64,000 bases of DNA, from assembly GCA_905235835.1 (NCBI GenBank), contig CAJONQ010000028.1:10197-74196 (forward strand), in the 5' to 3' direction. The stretch is from an uncultured Prevotella sp. (GTDB taxonomy: Bacteria; Bacteroidota; Bacteroidia; Bacteroidales; Bacteroidaceae). This document shows positions 26,036 to 36,660 of the stretch, piece after piece. Position 1 is the stretch's first letter, and every line of letters starts with the position of its first letter. Position numbers and translations under genes: made by a program. Below the pieces are notes generated by a model that saw only the letters and a program-made list of their open reading frames with translations, searched no databases and was not told the origin of the DNA.

Positions 26036-27040
26036 CTACACATCAAAATACTCTCTTCTGAGGGGATAGTGATTGCGTAAGTCCTCAAATTTTGTTGGGT
26101 TAGCTTTCAATGCTTCACTATCTCTCATAGGATGATAGAGTTCCAGAGGATTGCCCGTATACTGGAAACCTGCAGGCAATTTGGGAGGTTGCACCTTACC
26201 AGGATGTGGTAAACCAAAATGCTGGCATAAAGCATCTATCACCATGTTATCAGCATTTGCTTTTCCATCTGCGGAATAACCAGCGATGTGAGGTGTACCG
26301 ATGAAGACGCAACGAAGCAGTTCCTCGTTCAGATGAGGCTCACCTTCCCACACGTCAATCACGGTATCACGCACCTTACCCTGTAGGAGGGCAGTGAGCA
26401 GGGCGGTATTGTCAACCACCTCCCCTCTGCTGGTATTGATAATATAAGGAGTCTTGTGTAAACGATGGAAGAAGGATTCGTCTGCCATGTGCCAAGTGGC
26501 ATAGTTCCCCTCACGGGTCAATGGAACATGGAAGGTGATGATATCGGCATCCTGCTCAATCACGGACAGAGGAACGAAATCGGGATTCCCTAAAAGAGGG
26601 TCGCATATAAGAATGCGCATACCTAACCGTTCTGCGACAGTCTTGACTTTAGAGCCGACATGACCGCATCCCACAATACCAATGGTCGATTGAGGAAGGG
26701 AGACCCCTCTTTCTTGTTGCAAAAGCAGTAGTGACGACTCCACGTATTGTGCGACAGAGGCAGCGTTACACCCAGGACAACTGGTCCAAGCGATACCAGC
26801 ACGTTTCAGGTAGTCAGCGTCGATATGGTCGAAACCTATCGTCGCTGTAGCGACAAACTGTACTTTACTGTCTTTTAATAATGACTCGTCACAACGGGTG
26901 CGGGTACGGACAATCAGGGCATCTGCATCTCTGACATCAGCAGCACTGATAGCAGCACCATTCAGTGCCACGACCTCATCGGCAAGAAGGTGCAGTTTCT
27001 CTTGGATGTAAGGTATCTTATTGTCAACAATTATCTTCAT
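26036..27040 (-). CDS. pdxB: 4-phosphoerythronate dehydrogenase (D-2-hydroxyacid dehydrogenase family)
   Basis: 334 aa. NAD fold GIVGCGHVGSKV and the catalytic HIAGYS region. N-terminus MKIIVDNKIPY is typical of PdxB. Confidence 0.8.
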   Translation of the reverse strand: MKIIVDNKIPYIQEKLHLLADEVVALNGAAISAADVRDADALIVRTRTRCDESLLKDSKVQFVATATIGFDHIDADYLKRAGIAWTSCPGCNAASVAQYVESSLLLLQQERGVSLPQSTIGIVGCGHVGSKVKTVAERLGMRILICDPLLGNPDFVPLSVIEQDADIITFHVPLTREGNYATWHMADESFFHRLHKTPYIINTSRGEVVDNTALLTALLQGKVRDTVIDVWEGEPHLNEELLRCVFIGTPHIAGYSADGKANADNMVIDALCQHFGLPHPGKVQPPKLPAGFQYTGNPLELYHPMRDSEALKANPTKFEDLRNHYPLRREYFDV

Positions 27041-27048
27041 ATCGACTG

Positions 27049-27056
27049 CAAAGTTA
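27049..27056 (-). promoter_or_regulatory. -7 box TAACTTTG for pdxB
   Basis: Reverse complement of caaagtta, 8 nt upstream of ATG 27040. Confidence 0.55.
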
Positions 27057-27085
27057 TAAAATTAATTTAAATTATGGACGATAGC

Positions 27086-27117
27086 CTATGAACTATAAAC
27101 TATTTTTCGTATCTTTG
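27086..27117 (+). promoter_or_regulatory. degenerate AACTAT(G/A) heptamers + TTTTTCG + -7 box TATCTTTG for the DUF4254/GT9 operon
   Basis: ctatgaactataaactatttttcgtatctttg. Same architecture as the ruvB promoter at 20124-20166. Confidence 0.6.
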
Positions 27118-27142
27118 CACCCATTACATATTAATATTACAA

Positions 27143-27748
27143 ATGTTATTTACAGAAAACGCTAACAAAATTTTCAATCAGGCGATACGTGACTATCACT
27201 TGAAAGACCACGTAGATACTCCTATCTCCAATCCTTATGAACGGGAGAACATAGAATATGCCCTCTATCTGAAGTGCTGGATAGATACCGTACAGTGGCA
27301 CTTGGAGGATATCATCCGTGATCCCCATATCGATCCGGAAGACGCCTTGTCACTAAAGCGTCGTATTGACCATAGTAACCAGGACCGCACAGATCTGGTG
27401 GAGGAGATAGACTCGTATTTCCGCAAGTTATACCAGGACGTGAAACCCCTTCCTGACGCACGACTGAATACAGAGAGTCCTGCATGGGCTATCGACCGTC
27501 TGTCAATTCTCGCCTTGAAGATATGGCACATGCAAGAGCAGGTAGACCGTGAGGATGCCTCTCCGGAGCATATTCAGAAATGTCAGGCGAAACTTGCCGT
27601 GCTGAAGGAACAGCAGGTAGACTTGAGTACCGCGATAGATCAATTACTAGAAGATATAGAGGCAGGACGTAAATATATGAAGGTTTATCGTCAGATGAAG
27701 ATGTATAATGACCCTGCTACGAATCCTGTATTGTATAATAAGAAGTGA
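27143..27748 (+). CDS. DUF4254 domain-containing protein
   Basis: 201 aa. The WIDTVQWHLEDIIRDP block and its position directly upstream of a GT9 gene match my recollection of DUF4254. Confidence 0.6.
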   Translation: MLFTENANKIFNQAIRDYHLKDHVDTPISNPYERENIEYALYLKCWIDTVQWHLEDIIRDPHIDPEDALSLKRRIDHSNQDRTDLVEEIDSYFRKLYQDVKPLPDARLNTESPAWAIDRLSILALKIWHMQEQVDREDASPEHIQKCQAKLAVLKEQQVDLSTAIDQLLEDIEAGRKYMKVYRQMKMYNDPATNPVLYNKK

Positions 27749-28807
27749 AGAAAGAGCATATACTGATTATCCGCTTCTCTGCCTTGGGCGATGTTGCCAT
27801 GGCAGTGCCAGTAGTCTATTCCTTAGCACATCAATCCTGACGTGAGAATTACGGTATTGAGCCGGAGCTTCGCACGTCCTTTCTTTGAGAACTTGGCACC
27901 TAACGTGGGATTTATGGAGGCAGACTTGAAAAGGGAGTATCGAGGGATCAGGGGACTGAATGCCCTTTATCGTCGACTCACGGCAAAACAGTTTACCGCT
28001 GTTGCCGACCTTCATAATGTGTTGCGATCGGATTTCCTGCGTATGCGCTTCAATCTTGGACGCTATAAGGTAGCACATATCGATAAGCACCGTAAAGGGC
28101 GTCGCCGTCTGATATCAGCCAATAACAAGCAACTGATACAGCAACCCACGTCTTTCCAGAACTATACGGATGTATTTGCACGTTTAGGTTATCCCATAGA
28201 GCTTGACTTCCACTCCATCTTCCCAGAGGGAGGTGGTGACCTGAGTCAACTTCCAGATAACTCTCCACTCTCCACTCTCCACTCTCCGCTTAATATAGGT
28301 ATTGCTCCTTTTGCGGCGCATCAAGGAAAGGTATATCCTCCCCAGTTGATGGAAAAAGTGATAGAGCAGCTGACGAAGAAACATCCAGAGGCAAAGTTAT
28401 TCCTCTTTGGCAGGGGAGAGCAGGAGGATGAGTTGTTCCCTCAGTGGTGTGCGAGATATCCACAGTGTATCCATGTGGCAGACTATCTGGAATCTATTAA
28501 GCAGGAACTGATATTGATGAGTCATCTTGACGTGATGCTCTCGATGGACTCTGCCAATATGCATCTTGCATCACTCGTTGCTACCCCCGTGGTCAGCGTA
28601 TGGGGTGCCACTCATCCTTATGCTGGTTTCATGGGTTGGAACCAAGGCTCAGAGAGTGCCATTCAGATACCCCTTGACTGTCGCCCATGCAGCATCTTCG
28701 GACAGAAAGCATGCCGTCGTGGCGACTATGCTTGTATGACTCGTATCGCTCCCGAGACGATCGTGGAGCGTATCGAACAGATAATATCTCAAAAACCTCA
28801 TGTATAA
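27745..28807 (+). pseudogene. glycosyltransferase family 9 (heptosyltransferase-like), frameshifted after codon 31
   Basis: The GTG at 27745 overlaps the upstream stop (GTGA) and reads VKKEHILIIRFSALGDVAMAVPVVYSLAHQS*, the canonical GT9 N-terminus. The rest (VRITVLSRSF...) continues in the +1 frame from 27842. Confidence 0.75.
28262..28289 (+). repeat. (TCTCCAC)x3 + TCTCCGC heptanucleotide tract inside the GT9 gene
   Basis: Read directly. Translated as SPLSTLHSPL. 29 nt are identical with 22228-22256. Confidence 0.95.
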
Positions 28808-28825
28808 CTTTAAAATTGTAACATT

Positions 28826-28987
28826 ATGAAAAAGTATGTTTGTGATGTATGTGGCTACGTGTATGACCCAGAGGTAGGCGATCCCGATAGCGGTATCGAG
28901 CCAGGAACAGCATTTGAAGATATCCCAGAGGATTGGGTATGCCCAGTGTGTGGTGTCGGCAAGGACGATTTCTCCGTAGAGGAGTAA
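28826..28987 (+). CDS. rubredoxin
   Basis: 53 aa, missed by the ORF track: [53 protein letters not shown]. It has both CxxCG knuckles. Confidence 0.95.
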   Translation: MKKYVCDVCGYVYDPEVGDPDSGIEPGTAFEDIPEDWVCPVCGVGKDDFSVEE

Positions 28988-29007
28988 AATAATAAAAAGA
29001 TTAAGAA

Positions 29008-30108
29008 ATGTCATTAAAATGTGGTATTGTGGGACTTCCTAACGTAGGTAAGTCCACATTGTTCAATTGTCTGTCGAGTGCCAAGGCGCAGGCAGCCAAT
29101 TTCCCTTTCTGTACGATTGAGCCGAATGTAGGTGTGATTACTGTTCCTGATGAGCGACTGACGAAGCTTGCGGAGATCGTTCATCCAGGTCGTATTGTAC
29201 CGGCAACTTGTGAGATAGTGGACATAGCCGGACTGGTGAAAGGTGCTTCAAAAGGTGAAGGCTTGGGTAATAAGTTCTTAGGAAACATCCGTGAGACAGA
29301 TGCCATCATCCATGTGCTGCGTTGCTTCGAGGATGATAATATCACCCATGTTGATGGAACGATTGACCCGATCCGTGATAAAGAGATCATCGATACAGAA
29401 CTCCAGCTGAAAGACTTAGAGACCATCGAGAGTCGTCTTGCCAAGACAGAGAAGGCTGCTGCCGCAGGTAACAAAGAGGCAAAGGTGGAGGTCACGGTGT
29501 TGAAGGCATACAAAGAGGTGCTTGACCAAGGAAAGAACGCACGTATCGTAGAGTTTGAGAGTAAAGAAGAACAGGATTGTGCCCGCAACCTCTTCTTATT
29601 AACGGCAAAGCCGGTATTGTATGTCTGCAATGTCAGTGAGGCTGACGCAAAAGATGGTAATGACTTCACGAAGAAGGTAGAGGCACTTGCCCAGGAAGAG
29701 GGTGCCGAGGCAATGATTATAGCTGCTAAGACAGAAGAAGATATTGCCGAGCTAGAGTCTTATGAGGACAAGCAGATGTTCCTGGAGGAGCTGGGCTTGG
29801 AGGAGAGTGGTGTCAACCGTCTTATCAAGAAAGCATACTCATTGCTGAACCTTGAAACCTTCATCACGGCAGGTGAGATGGAAGTGAAGGCATGGACTTA
29901 TCATAAAGGATGGAAGGCTCCCCAGTGTGCAGGTGTTATCCATACCGACTTCGAGAAAGGCTTTATCCGCGCAGAGGTCATCAAGTACGATGATTATATC
30001 CAATATGGCTCAGAGGCTGCTGTCCGTGAGGCAGGAAAGATGGGCATAGAGGGTAAGGAATATGTGGTGCAGGATGGGGATATCATGCATTTCAGATTTA
30101 ATGTCTAA
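29008..30108 (+). CDS. ychF: redox-regulated ribosome-binding ATPase YchF
   Basis: 366 aa. GIVGLPNVGKSTLFN P-loop and a C-terminal TGS-like domain. Confidence 0.96.
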   Translation: MSLKCGIVGLPNVGKSTLFNCLSSAKAQAANFPFCTIEPNVGVITVPDERLTKLAEIVHPGRIVPATCEIVDIAGLVKGASKGEGLGNKFLGNIRETDAIIHVLRCFEDDNITHVDGTIDPIRDKEIIDTELQLKDLETIESRLAKTEKAAAAGNKEAKVEVTVLKAYKEVLDQGKNARIVEFESKEEQDCARNLFLLTAKPVLYVCNVSEADAKDGNDFTKKVEALAQEEGAEAMIIAAKTEEDIAELESYEDKQMFLEELGLEESGVNRLIKKAYSLLNLETFITAGEMEVKAWTYHKGWKAPQCAGVIHTDFEKGFIRAEVIKYDDYIQYGSEAAVREAGKMGIEGKEYVVQDGDIMHFRFNV

Positions 30109-30111
30109 ATC

Positions 30112-30939
30112 ATGGAGAGTCTACTTTACATACTTTGGAATCCAAACCTTGAATTCTTCCACATTGGACCGTTCGCAGTCCGGTGGTATGGGCTGTGCTG
30201 GCTCCTTGGCTTTGCGGCTGCTTACCTGTTGGTACGTAGGCTCTATCGGGAACAGAAAATCAAGGATGAGCTCTTTGAGCCCCTTTTTCTTTACTGCTTC
30301 CTTGGTATTCTGATAGGAGCACGCTTAGGACACTGTATCTTCTATGAGCCAGACTATTTCCTGACCTCAGGGAAGGGACTCGTGGAGATGCTACTGCCTA
30401 TCCGTTTCCTTCCAGATGGCGGTTTTAAGTTCATCGGTTATGAGGGACTTGCCAGTCATGGTGGTACACTTGGTTTGATGATCGCCCTATGGCTCTATGT
30501 CAGGAAGACGAAACTTAGTCTATGGACCGTCTTGGATAACATCGCCATTGCCACTGGCTCGATGGCTTGTCTCATCCGTTTGGGAAACCTCATGAACTCA
30601 GAGATTATCGGTAAAGTGACTGACGTGCCATGGGCATTCATCTTCGAACGTGTAGACAGTTATCCCCGGCACCCCGGACAGTTGTATGAGGCAATAGCTT
30701 ATGCCATTCTGTTCTTCCTGATGTGGTGGTTGCATAAAAAGATGCCTGAGAAGATTGGGACAGGGTGGTATTTCGGACTTTGCCTCTCCTATATCTTCAC
30801 TTTCCGCTTCTTCATCGAATACACGAAGGAAGTGCAAGAAGCTTTCGAGGCATCACTCCCGATAGATATGGGTCAGATTCTCTCGATACCATTTGTTATT
30901 TTAGGAATTTACTGTATGATTCGTAAACAGAAGGTATGA
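30112..30939 (+). CDS. lgt: prolipoprotein diacylglyceryl transferase
   Basis: 275 aa polytopic membrane protein. Motifs GARLGH, HGG and [10 protein letters not shown]. Confidence 0.9.
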   Translation: MESLLYILWNPNLEFFHIGPFAVRWYGLCWLLGFAAAYLLVRRLYREQKIKDELFEPLFLYCFLGILIGARLGHCIFYEPDYFLTSGKGLVEMLLPIRFLPDGGFKFIGYEGLASHGGTLGLMIALWLYVRKTKLSLWTVLDNIAIATGSMACLIRLGNLMNSEIIGKVTDVPWAFIFERVDSYPRHPGQLYEAIAYAILFFLMWWLHKKMPEKIGTGWYFGLCLSYIFTFRFFIEYTKEVQEAFEASLPIDMGQILSIPFVILGIYCMIRKQKV

Positions 30940-32708
30940 TACGCAGAGTCCTCATATCGCTTTTCCTCTTCTGCTCCTGTTCCTTGATGGCACAAGAGCA
31001 GACAGATACTGCGTTTCAACGGATCTACCGGCATTATTTCGAACTGTTCAGCAGTAACAAGAAAGACGAGTTTTATAAGACTTCTGACCTAATCCAAAAA
31101 TACTACCTTACCAAGAAAGACATTATTAATTATTATAAGATACGTCAAAACGAGATACTCTTTGACACCCAGCATGGAGAGACTTATAAGTCAATCAAGA
31201 AAGCCAATATCATGCTGGACGATATGAAGAAGGACAATGTCAACCGCTATGATCTGGTGTATTCTACCTTGGGAGCCATCTTTGAGTCACGAGGAAATTA
31301 TAGAATGGCTGAGCATTACTATATAGATGCGATTAAGAATGTAGCACCAGAAGATACCATAGACTATGTACATGCTATTGCGCAGATAGTCTCCCTGAAA
31401 GTGTCACGAGAGCCCGATAAGGCTTGGGAATGGAACGAGCGAATGGGGGCAATGACAACCTATGGCAGTTCTTTCTATAAAGTCTATCTTTCTCTGAAAG
31501 GACAGATTTATTTCTTTAAGCGTGATAAAACTAATTTCTTGAAAACCAAGAAAGAGTATGATGCTTGCGCTAAACAAACTAATGATCCTAACCCTTATGG
31601 TAGTCAGATCATGAATCTCATGCAGAAAGCCTTTGAGGGAGAATACCAAGAGGCGTTACAATTGTTAGAACAGGATATTGCTGACCTAACGGAGATAGGA
31701 CGCTGTGAATATCGCATCTATCTTTATGAAATGATGGGAGAAAACGAACTTGCTCTAAAGGAAGTAAACAAACGAAGAGATCTCCGTGACTCCCTCAATA
31801 GTGACATGCTCTTTAATAATATCAACGAGATTAATGCCGAGGTGGGTATTGCTAAACTTCATGAAGAGGCAGTTAAAGAGCGAGAGTTCTGGTTCTTTGT
31901 GGTCATTCTGCTACTCATCTTAGCTCTTGGACTCATCATCTCTCGTTATTACGTTAGGAGGAGATACCAGAAAAAGATCATTAAGCAGAATGAGCAATTG
32001 GAGATTGCTTTGAGTGAGGCGAAAGAGTCTGACCGTATGAAGTCTTCTTTCATAGAACATGTCAGCCATGAGATACGCACACCTCTGAATGTCATTACGG
32101 GTTATGCACAGGTCATCACAAATCCTGATTATCATTTAGAGGAAGAAGAACGGAACAATATGCTTTATGCCATCGCTCAGAATACGACGAGCATTACTAA
32201 TATTGTCAACGATTTGTTGGAGCTTGCCCAAGACGAGAGCAAGGAACGCTATCGTCGTGACGATAACATCTTGGTCAATTCTTTGTGTCGCAACATGATG
32301 AGCGAGATGGATAAACGTAATAGAGGACAACTGAAATTGCGTTTCTTCTCCAAACTACCTGATGATTATACTATCCAGAGCAATCAACAAGGTATAGAGA
32401 AGATTCTGTATCATTTATTAAGTAATGCCCTAAAGTTTACAAAAGAGGGCACAGTAGAGCTTTTTGTCCACGAGAGTCCTGATCATGGGTGTGTGCGTTT
32501 TATCGTCACAGATACAGGTATCGGTATTGACAAGGAGAATCAAGAAAAAGTCTTTGAGCGTTTCTATAAAGTGGATTCTTTCAAACAAGGTTTTGGACTT
32601 GGACTTCCTACAAGTCGCAAAATAGCTTTACAGTTAGGTGGCGCATTGGCTATTGACAAGGAATACGAGAATGGTACTCGTCAGGTTCTCACTCTCCCTG
32701 TTAAATAA
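30936..32708 (+). CDS. sensor histidine kinase with an N-terminal TPR-like periplasmic domain (no adjacent response regulator)
   Basis: 590 aa. Signal peptide, a TM helix ([18 protein letters not shown]), the H-box SHEIRTPLN and an HATPase domain (DTGIGI, GLGLPTS). Confidence 0.88.
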   Translation: MIRRVLISLFLFCSCSLMAQEQTDTAFQRIYRHYFELFSSNKKDEFYKTSDLIQKYYLTKKDIINYYKIRQNEILFDTQHGETYKSIKKANIMLDDMKKDNVNRYDLVYSTLGAIFESRGNYRMAEHYYIDAIKNVAPEDTIDYVHAIAQIVSLKVSREPDKAWEWNERMGAMTTYGSSFYKVYLSLKGQIYFFKRDKTNFLKTKKEYDACAKQTNDPNPYGSQIMNLMQKAFEGEYQEALQLLEQDIADLTEIGRCEYRIYLYEMMGENELALKEVNKRRDLRDSLNSDMLFNNINEINAEVGIAKLHEEAVKEREFWFFVVILLLILALGLIISRYYVRRRYQKKIIKQNEQLEIALSEAKESDRMKSSFIEHVSHEIRTPLNVITGYAQVITNPDYHLEEEERNNMLYAIAQNTTSITNIVNDLLELAQDESKERYRRDDNILVNSLCRNMMSEMDKRNRGQLKLRFFSKLPDDYTIQSNQQGIEKILYHLLSNALKFTKEGTVELFVHESPDHGCVRFIVTDTGIGIDKENQEKVFERFYKVDSFKQGFGLGLPTSRKIALQLGGALAIDKEYENGTRQVLTLPVK

Positions 32709-32796
32709 TTGTTAAACTTTGCCCTTGTTTCTCTTTCTGAAACAAATGAGGTGGTTTTTTGTAACAAAAGAAAACAAATTATCAAATGGAATTTAC

Positions 32797-32804
32797 TATC
32801 TTTG
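32797..32804 (+). promoter_or_regulatory. -7 box TATCTTTG for the GPH transporter gene
   Basis: 49 nt upstream of ATG 32854. Confidence 0.6.
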
Positions 32805-32853
32805 CAGCAAATTATTCTATTTGGAGATAGTAAATATTAAACTAATAACAACA

Positions 32854-34257
32854 ATGACAACAAATGAAATGACACAAGAGACGAAAGGCTTTTATAAGCT
32901 TTCATGGCTCCAAAGAATCGGATTCGGGTCGGGTGACCTTGCACAGAATCTGATTTTCCAGACTACCTGTATGTATCTTCTGTTCTTCTACACTGACATC
33001 TATGGGCTTGATGCTGTTGATGTGTCTGTGATGTTTACGGTAGGTAATATCGCCAATGTGATATGGGATCCTATTGTGGGAACTCTTATTGACAAGAGTA
33101 ATCCCCGGTTAGGTAAATATCGTGCTTATCTGGTGTTTGTCGGTATACCACTAACAGGCTTCGCCATCCTCTGCTTTTGGAACGGCTTTGCTCCTTCGTT
33201 GCTCTATGCTTATGTCACCTATATTGCGATGACATTACTCTATACCTTTATTAATGTTCCTTATGGTGCCTTGAATTCCTCACTTACTCGGGATACGGAT
33301 GAGATTACCATTCTTACCAGTGTCCGTATGTTCATGGCTAACTGTGGTGGTCTTGCAGTAGGTTCTGGGCTACCTCTGCTGATAGCTTATTTTACTAACG
33401 AGCCAACAGAAGGTCTTCCAAAAGATCCTGGATCATGGTTTACAACGATGTGCATTTATGCACTTGTAGGTCTTGCCTTGCTGTTCTTCTGTTTCAGTCA
33501 GTGTAAAGAGCGAGTGGTAATGGATGCCAGTGAGGCTGCTAATGTGAAAATCAGTGATCTCTGGATGGAGTTTTTCCACAACCGTCCATTACGAGTTATA
33601 GCCTTCTTCTTTATCACGGCATTTGCCATGATGTCAATAGGTAATGCTGCAGGTGCTTACTTCATTAATAGTAACATGCACGGAACACCAGAACAGTTAT
33701 CTTTCTTTATGGGTCTTGGTTCTGCTCCGTCATTTATCTTCATGCCACTTGTTCCTATTATAAAAAAGATGGTGGGTAAGAAGAATATGTTTTATATATT
33801 CCTTTCGATAGCCATTATCGGTATGGCATTCCTCTATATCGTAGCCAAGATGGATGAGCCCAGCATGACGCTTGTTTATATTGCTCAGTTCGTGAAGTCG
33901 ACAGGTGTTATAGTTGCTACAGGATATATGTGGGCATTAGTTCCTGAGGTGATTTCTTATGGCGAGTATGTCAGTGGTAAGCGCATCGCAGGTATTGTTA
34001 ATGCTCTTACTGGTATCTTCTTTAAGGCTGGTATGACTTTGGGTAGTGTCGTCGCTCCAGCTATTCTGGCTTATGTTTCCTATAATCCTGAGGTGATAGA
34101 ACAAACACCAGAAGCACAAGAGGGTATCCTTTGGTTAGTATGTGTGATTCCTGCCGCCTTGCTTCTCCTTGCTATGTTTATCATTTCTAAATATGAGTTG
34201 ACAGATGAGGTGATAGACGATATCAATAAAAAGATAGAGGAGCGTAATAAAGCATAA
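32854..34257 (+). CDS. glycoside-pentoside-hexuronide (GPH):cation symporter, MFS superfamily (xyloside transporter-like)
   Basis: ORF 32719..34257. Start set at MTTNEMTQ after the promoter box. LSWLQRIGFGSGDLAQN and the DKSNPRLGKYR motif are typical of the GPH family. 12 TM helices. Confidence 0.85.
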   Translation: MTTNEMTQETKGFYKLSWLQRIGFGSGDLAQNLIFQTTCMYLLFFYTDIYGLDAVDVSVMFTVGNIANVIWDPIVGTLIDKSNPRLGKYRAYLVFVGIPLTGFAILCFWNGFAPSLLYAYVTYIAMTLLYTFINVPYGALNSSLTRDTDEITILTSVRMFMANCGGLAVGSGLPLLIAYFTNEPTEGLPKDPGSWFTTMCIYALVGLALLFFCFSQCKERVVMDASEAANVKISDLWMEFFHNRPLRVIAFFFITAFAMMSIGNAAGAYFINSNMHGTPEQLSFFMGLGSAPSFIFMPLVPIIKKMVGKKNMFYIFLSIAIIGMAFLYIVAKMDEPSMTLVYIAQFVKSTGVIVATGYMWALVPEVISYGEYVSGKRIAGIVNALTGIFFKAGMTLGSVVAPAILAYVSYNPEVIEQTPEAQEGILWLVCVIPAALLLLAMFIISKYELTDEVIDDINKKIEERNKA

Positions 34258-34280
34258 GTAGGATAAGAATATAGAAAAAA

Positions 34281-34311
34281 GAGGCACCCTCGCAATTTGC
34301 GAGGGTGCCTC
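34281..34311. terminator. bidirectional intrinsic terminator between convergent genes
   Basis: 13-bp GC-rich stem gaggcaccctcgc/gcgagggtgcctc with a 5-nt loop, an A run on the 5' side and a T run on the 3' side. Confidence 0.85.
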
Positions 34312-34315
34312 TTTC

Positions 34316-36265
34316 CTATTTTGTTATCTTCAACTCAAAAGGTGCTGCAGGAAGCCCTTTCGTGGAGTATAAGTGTGCGCGGATGGGATTATCCTTCCAG
34401 GCATAACGTATGGTAGCAGGCTCAGAAATATCCGATTCCAACAATACCTGATTACCTTTTGAAACTGCTTTGACATTGACGAACTTATTGTCGGTACCTG
34501 CTATTTCAAATTCTGCCTGCTCGTCTGGTCGAAGGGGCTGGTCGAAGGTGACTACTACTTGGTTGTTCTCCACCTTGGCACTGAGAGGTTGGGGTGAGAG
34601 GAGAACATTTTTATGGTATGCCAACTTGTCGAGGCAGAGTCCTACACGTTCTGCCAATTCTTTTTTCCGTAACGGGTGAATATCCACCGTTTCACCGAGG
34701 TCAATGGCGACGGCAAGAGCAGCGTGTGGGTCATTTTCTGCTACTTGACGTTGTGCTTCACGCAATTGTGCCCAATTGGAATGTTGAGGCTGTTCCGATG
34801 ACTCCATATAATTGGCAAGCTGTACGATGCAGAAGGGCAGTTTGGGATCCTTCCAAAGCGTACGCCAATTATTCATCATCTTACGCAACAGATCCGCATA
34901 GGGTGCAGGATTACCCGTATTCGATTCTCCTTGATACCATACCACACCCCGGATGGCATAGGGAGCTAATGGATATACGACTGCATTATATAAAGTGGTA
35001 GGCAAGTTTTGAAGTGAGACATCACCGCTGGGGCAAGACGGCATATCAGCTCCTGTGTGGTGTTTCCAGTTCTCATTCAACGGGATGAAATCTGTAGGCA
35101 TCGGATTCAGACTGAAACGGTCGTCCCCAAAGGCAAGCATATAGGGTTTCTCCTTGATAAAATGGGCAATTCCGTATTTATTGATAAAGCGGATAGTAAT
35201 CACATTGTCGCCCTCACGGAGCATTCCTTCGGGGATATCATAACGACGGGGAGGATACTGGTAATAAGTGCGACCAATCTCCTTACCATTCAGATAGGTG
35301 TAATCGGCATCGAAGAGCGTTCCTAACAGCAGGCGTGCAGGTTTTCCGGCATGTGCTTTATCCACATGTATATGTTGACGAAGCCAGATACTGCCGATGA
35401 TACCTCTTCCATTCTTTTTTGCCCATTCCATCGAATACTGATTGACGGTTTTCCATGATGAGTCGTCATAGTCGAAGGACGTGAAATGTTCTTTAATGCC
35501 AGGGTCTTTCTCATTTAATAGCTCATTCCACCGTTGGTCTGCCAATTGATTTGCCTTAGCTTGCGCTTTCACAAAATCGTCATTCTGGTAGATACGTGTT
35601 TTCTCCACCAATAGGGGATAATCTCGTTGTAAACTATCTGCCGAAATCCATGCCTCGATAGGTGTTCCTCCCCAGCTGTTTACAATAATACCCTGTGGGA
35701 CACCATTCTCCTCTTGCATTCGTTTTCCTAAGAAAGACCCTAATGCGGAGAACAGCCATGCGTTTTTTTTGGTTAAAGGTTTCCAATTGATGGAAGTGGG
35801 ACGAATATCCTCTTGTATGCCGTGTGTGTTGGTTTCGTTCTGTACACGGAACAGTCGGACTTGATTATTGGCTAACTGGTCTATCTCTTTGGTATATTGA
35901 GGATAGACACGCTCGATGGTCACATCCATGTTCGATTGACCGGAACATAACCATACATCACCGACTAATACATTGGTAAGTACGATGTCCCCAATCATTA
36001 ATGTATAAGGTCCTCCTGCCTTCATCGCAGGTAAGTCAGTTCGAAATTTCCCGTTGGAATCAGCAGAAATGACCGTTTTGAATTTGTTGATTCGGATAGT
36101 GATTTTCTCACCTGCGTCCGCCTGTCCCCATACAGGAACGGGTTTTCCTCGCTGAATGACCATGCCAGACTGGAAAAACTGGGGTAGTTTGACCTTAGCA
36201 TTAGTTTCCATAGCCACCATCAAAAGGTATGCTAAAAGGATCGTTAGTTTATACGTTTTACCCAT
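34316..36265 (-). CDS. sialate O-acetylesterase-family carbohydrate esterase (probable acetyl-xylan esterase in this context)
   Basis: 649 aa. Signal peptide and the CSGQSNM serine motif of the DUF303/9-O-acetylesterase family. Sits next to GH10/GH43. Confidence 0.75.
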   Translation of the reverse strand: MGKTYKLTILLAYLLMVAMETNAKVKLPQFFQSGMVIQRGKPVPVWGQADAGEKITIRINKFKTVISADSNGKFRTDLPAMKAGGPYTLMIGDIVLTNVLVGDVWLCSGQSNMDVTIERVYPQYTKEIDQLANNQVRLFRVQNETNTHGIQEDIRPTSINWKPLTKKNAWLFSALGSFLGKRMQEENGVPQGIIVNSWGGTPIEAWISADSLQRDYPLLVEKTRIYQNDDFVKAQAKANQLADQRWNELLNEKDPGIKEHFTSFDYDDSSWKTVNQYSMEWAKKNGRGIIGSIWLRQHIHVDKAHAGKPARLLLGTLFDADYTYLNGKEIGRTYYQYPPRRYDIPEGMLREGDNVITIRFINKYGIAHFIKEKPYMLAFGDDRFSLNPMPTDFIPLNENWKHHTGADMPSCPSGDVSLQNLPTTLYNAVVYPLAPYAIRGVVWYQGESNTGNPAPYADLLRKMMNNWRTLWKDPKLPFCIVQLANYMESSEQPQHSNWAQLREAQRQVAENDPHAALAVAIDLGETVDIHPLRKKELAERVGLCLDKLAYHKNVLLSPQPLSAKVENNQVVVTFDQPLRPDEQAEFEIAGTDNKFVNVKAVSKGNQVLLESDISEPATIRYAWKDNPIRAHLYSTKGLPAAPFELKITK

Positions 36266-36291
36266 AATACTAAAAAATGTTTATTTTGGTG

Positions 36292-36299
36292 CAAAAATA
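36292..36299 (-). promoter_or_regulatory. -7 box TATTTTTG for the esterase gene
   Basis: Reverse complement of caaaaata, 26 nt upstream of ATG 36265. Confidence 0.5.
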
Positions 36300-36407
36300 A
36301 TAAAAATAGGTGATGAACTGGAAAAAAAGTGCTTTTTTCTTAGTTGCTGAAACAATTGGGGTATGTTTATGTAACAAATTCGCATAAAAATTTTGGAAGA
36401 AATGTTG

Positions 36408-36415
36408 TATCTTTG
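36408..36415 (+). promoter_or_regulatory. -7 box TATCTTTG about 245 nt upstream of GH10
   Basis: Matches TAnnTTTG. It would give a long leader. Confidence 0.45.
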
Positions 36416-36660
36416 CATCATCAAATTGATAAAAATCTAAAATGAGTAGTAGAACTATGTGGCAAATTAATTCTGTAGAGGAAAAACTCGGATACTCATT
36501 GGGAGGCGTTGCTTTTGTTGACCTTTTGGTGGGAATCATCTGCGACTGTTTCCCTTCTTTTATTTATAATGTACGCGTAACGCAATATCTTTTCATTCCA
36601 GGGATGTGTTCTTCTTCCATTCCCCAGGAGATAAAGTAAATAATTTTTTAATCAGCAGAC

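Noticed and set aside
27835-27841. Programmed +1 frameshift (prfB-like, UCC UGA C) in the GT9 gene
   Set aside because: There is no slippery codon allowing P-site re-pairing (UCC to CCU), and no upstream SD-like stimulator is expected in Bacteroidetes. A simple indel is more parsimonious.
36442-36639. 65-aa ORF in the GH10 leader region
   Set aside because: It is hydrophobic and low-complexity with no family resemblance, and it lies in an AT-rich leader. It is more likely untranslated 5' UTR.
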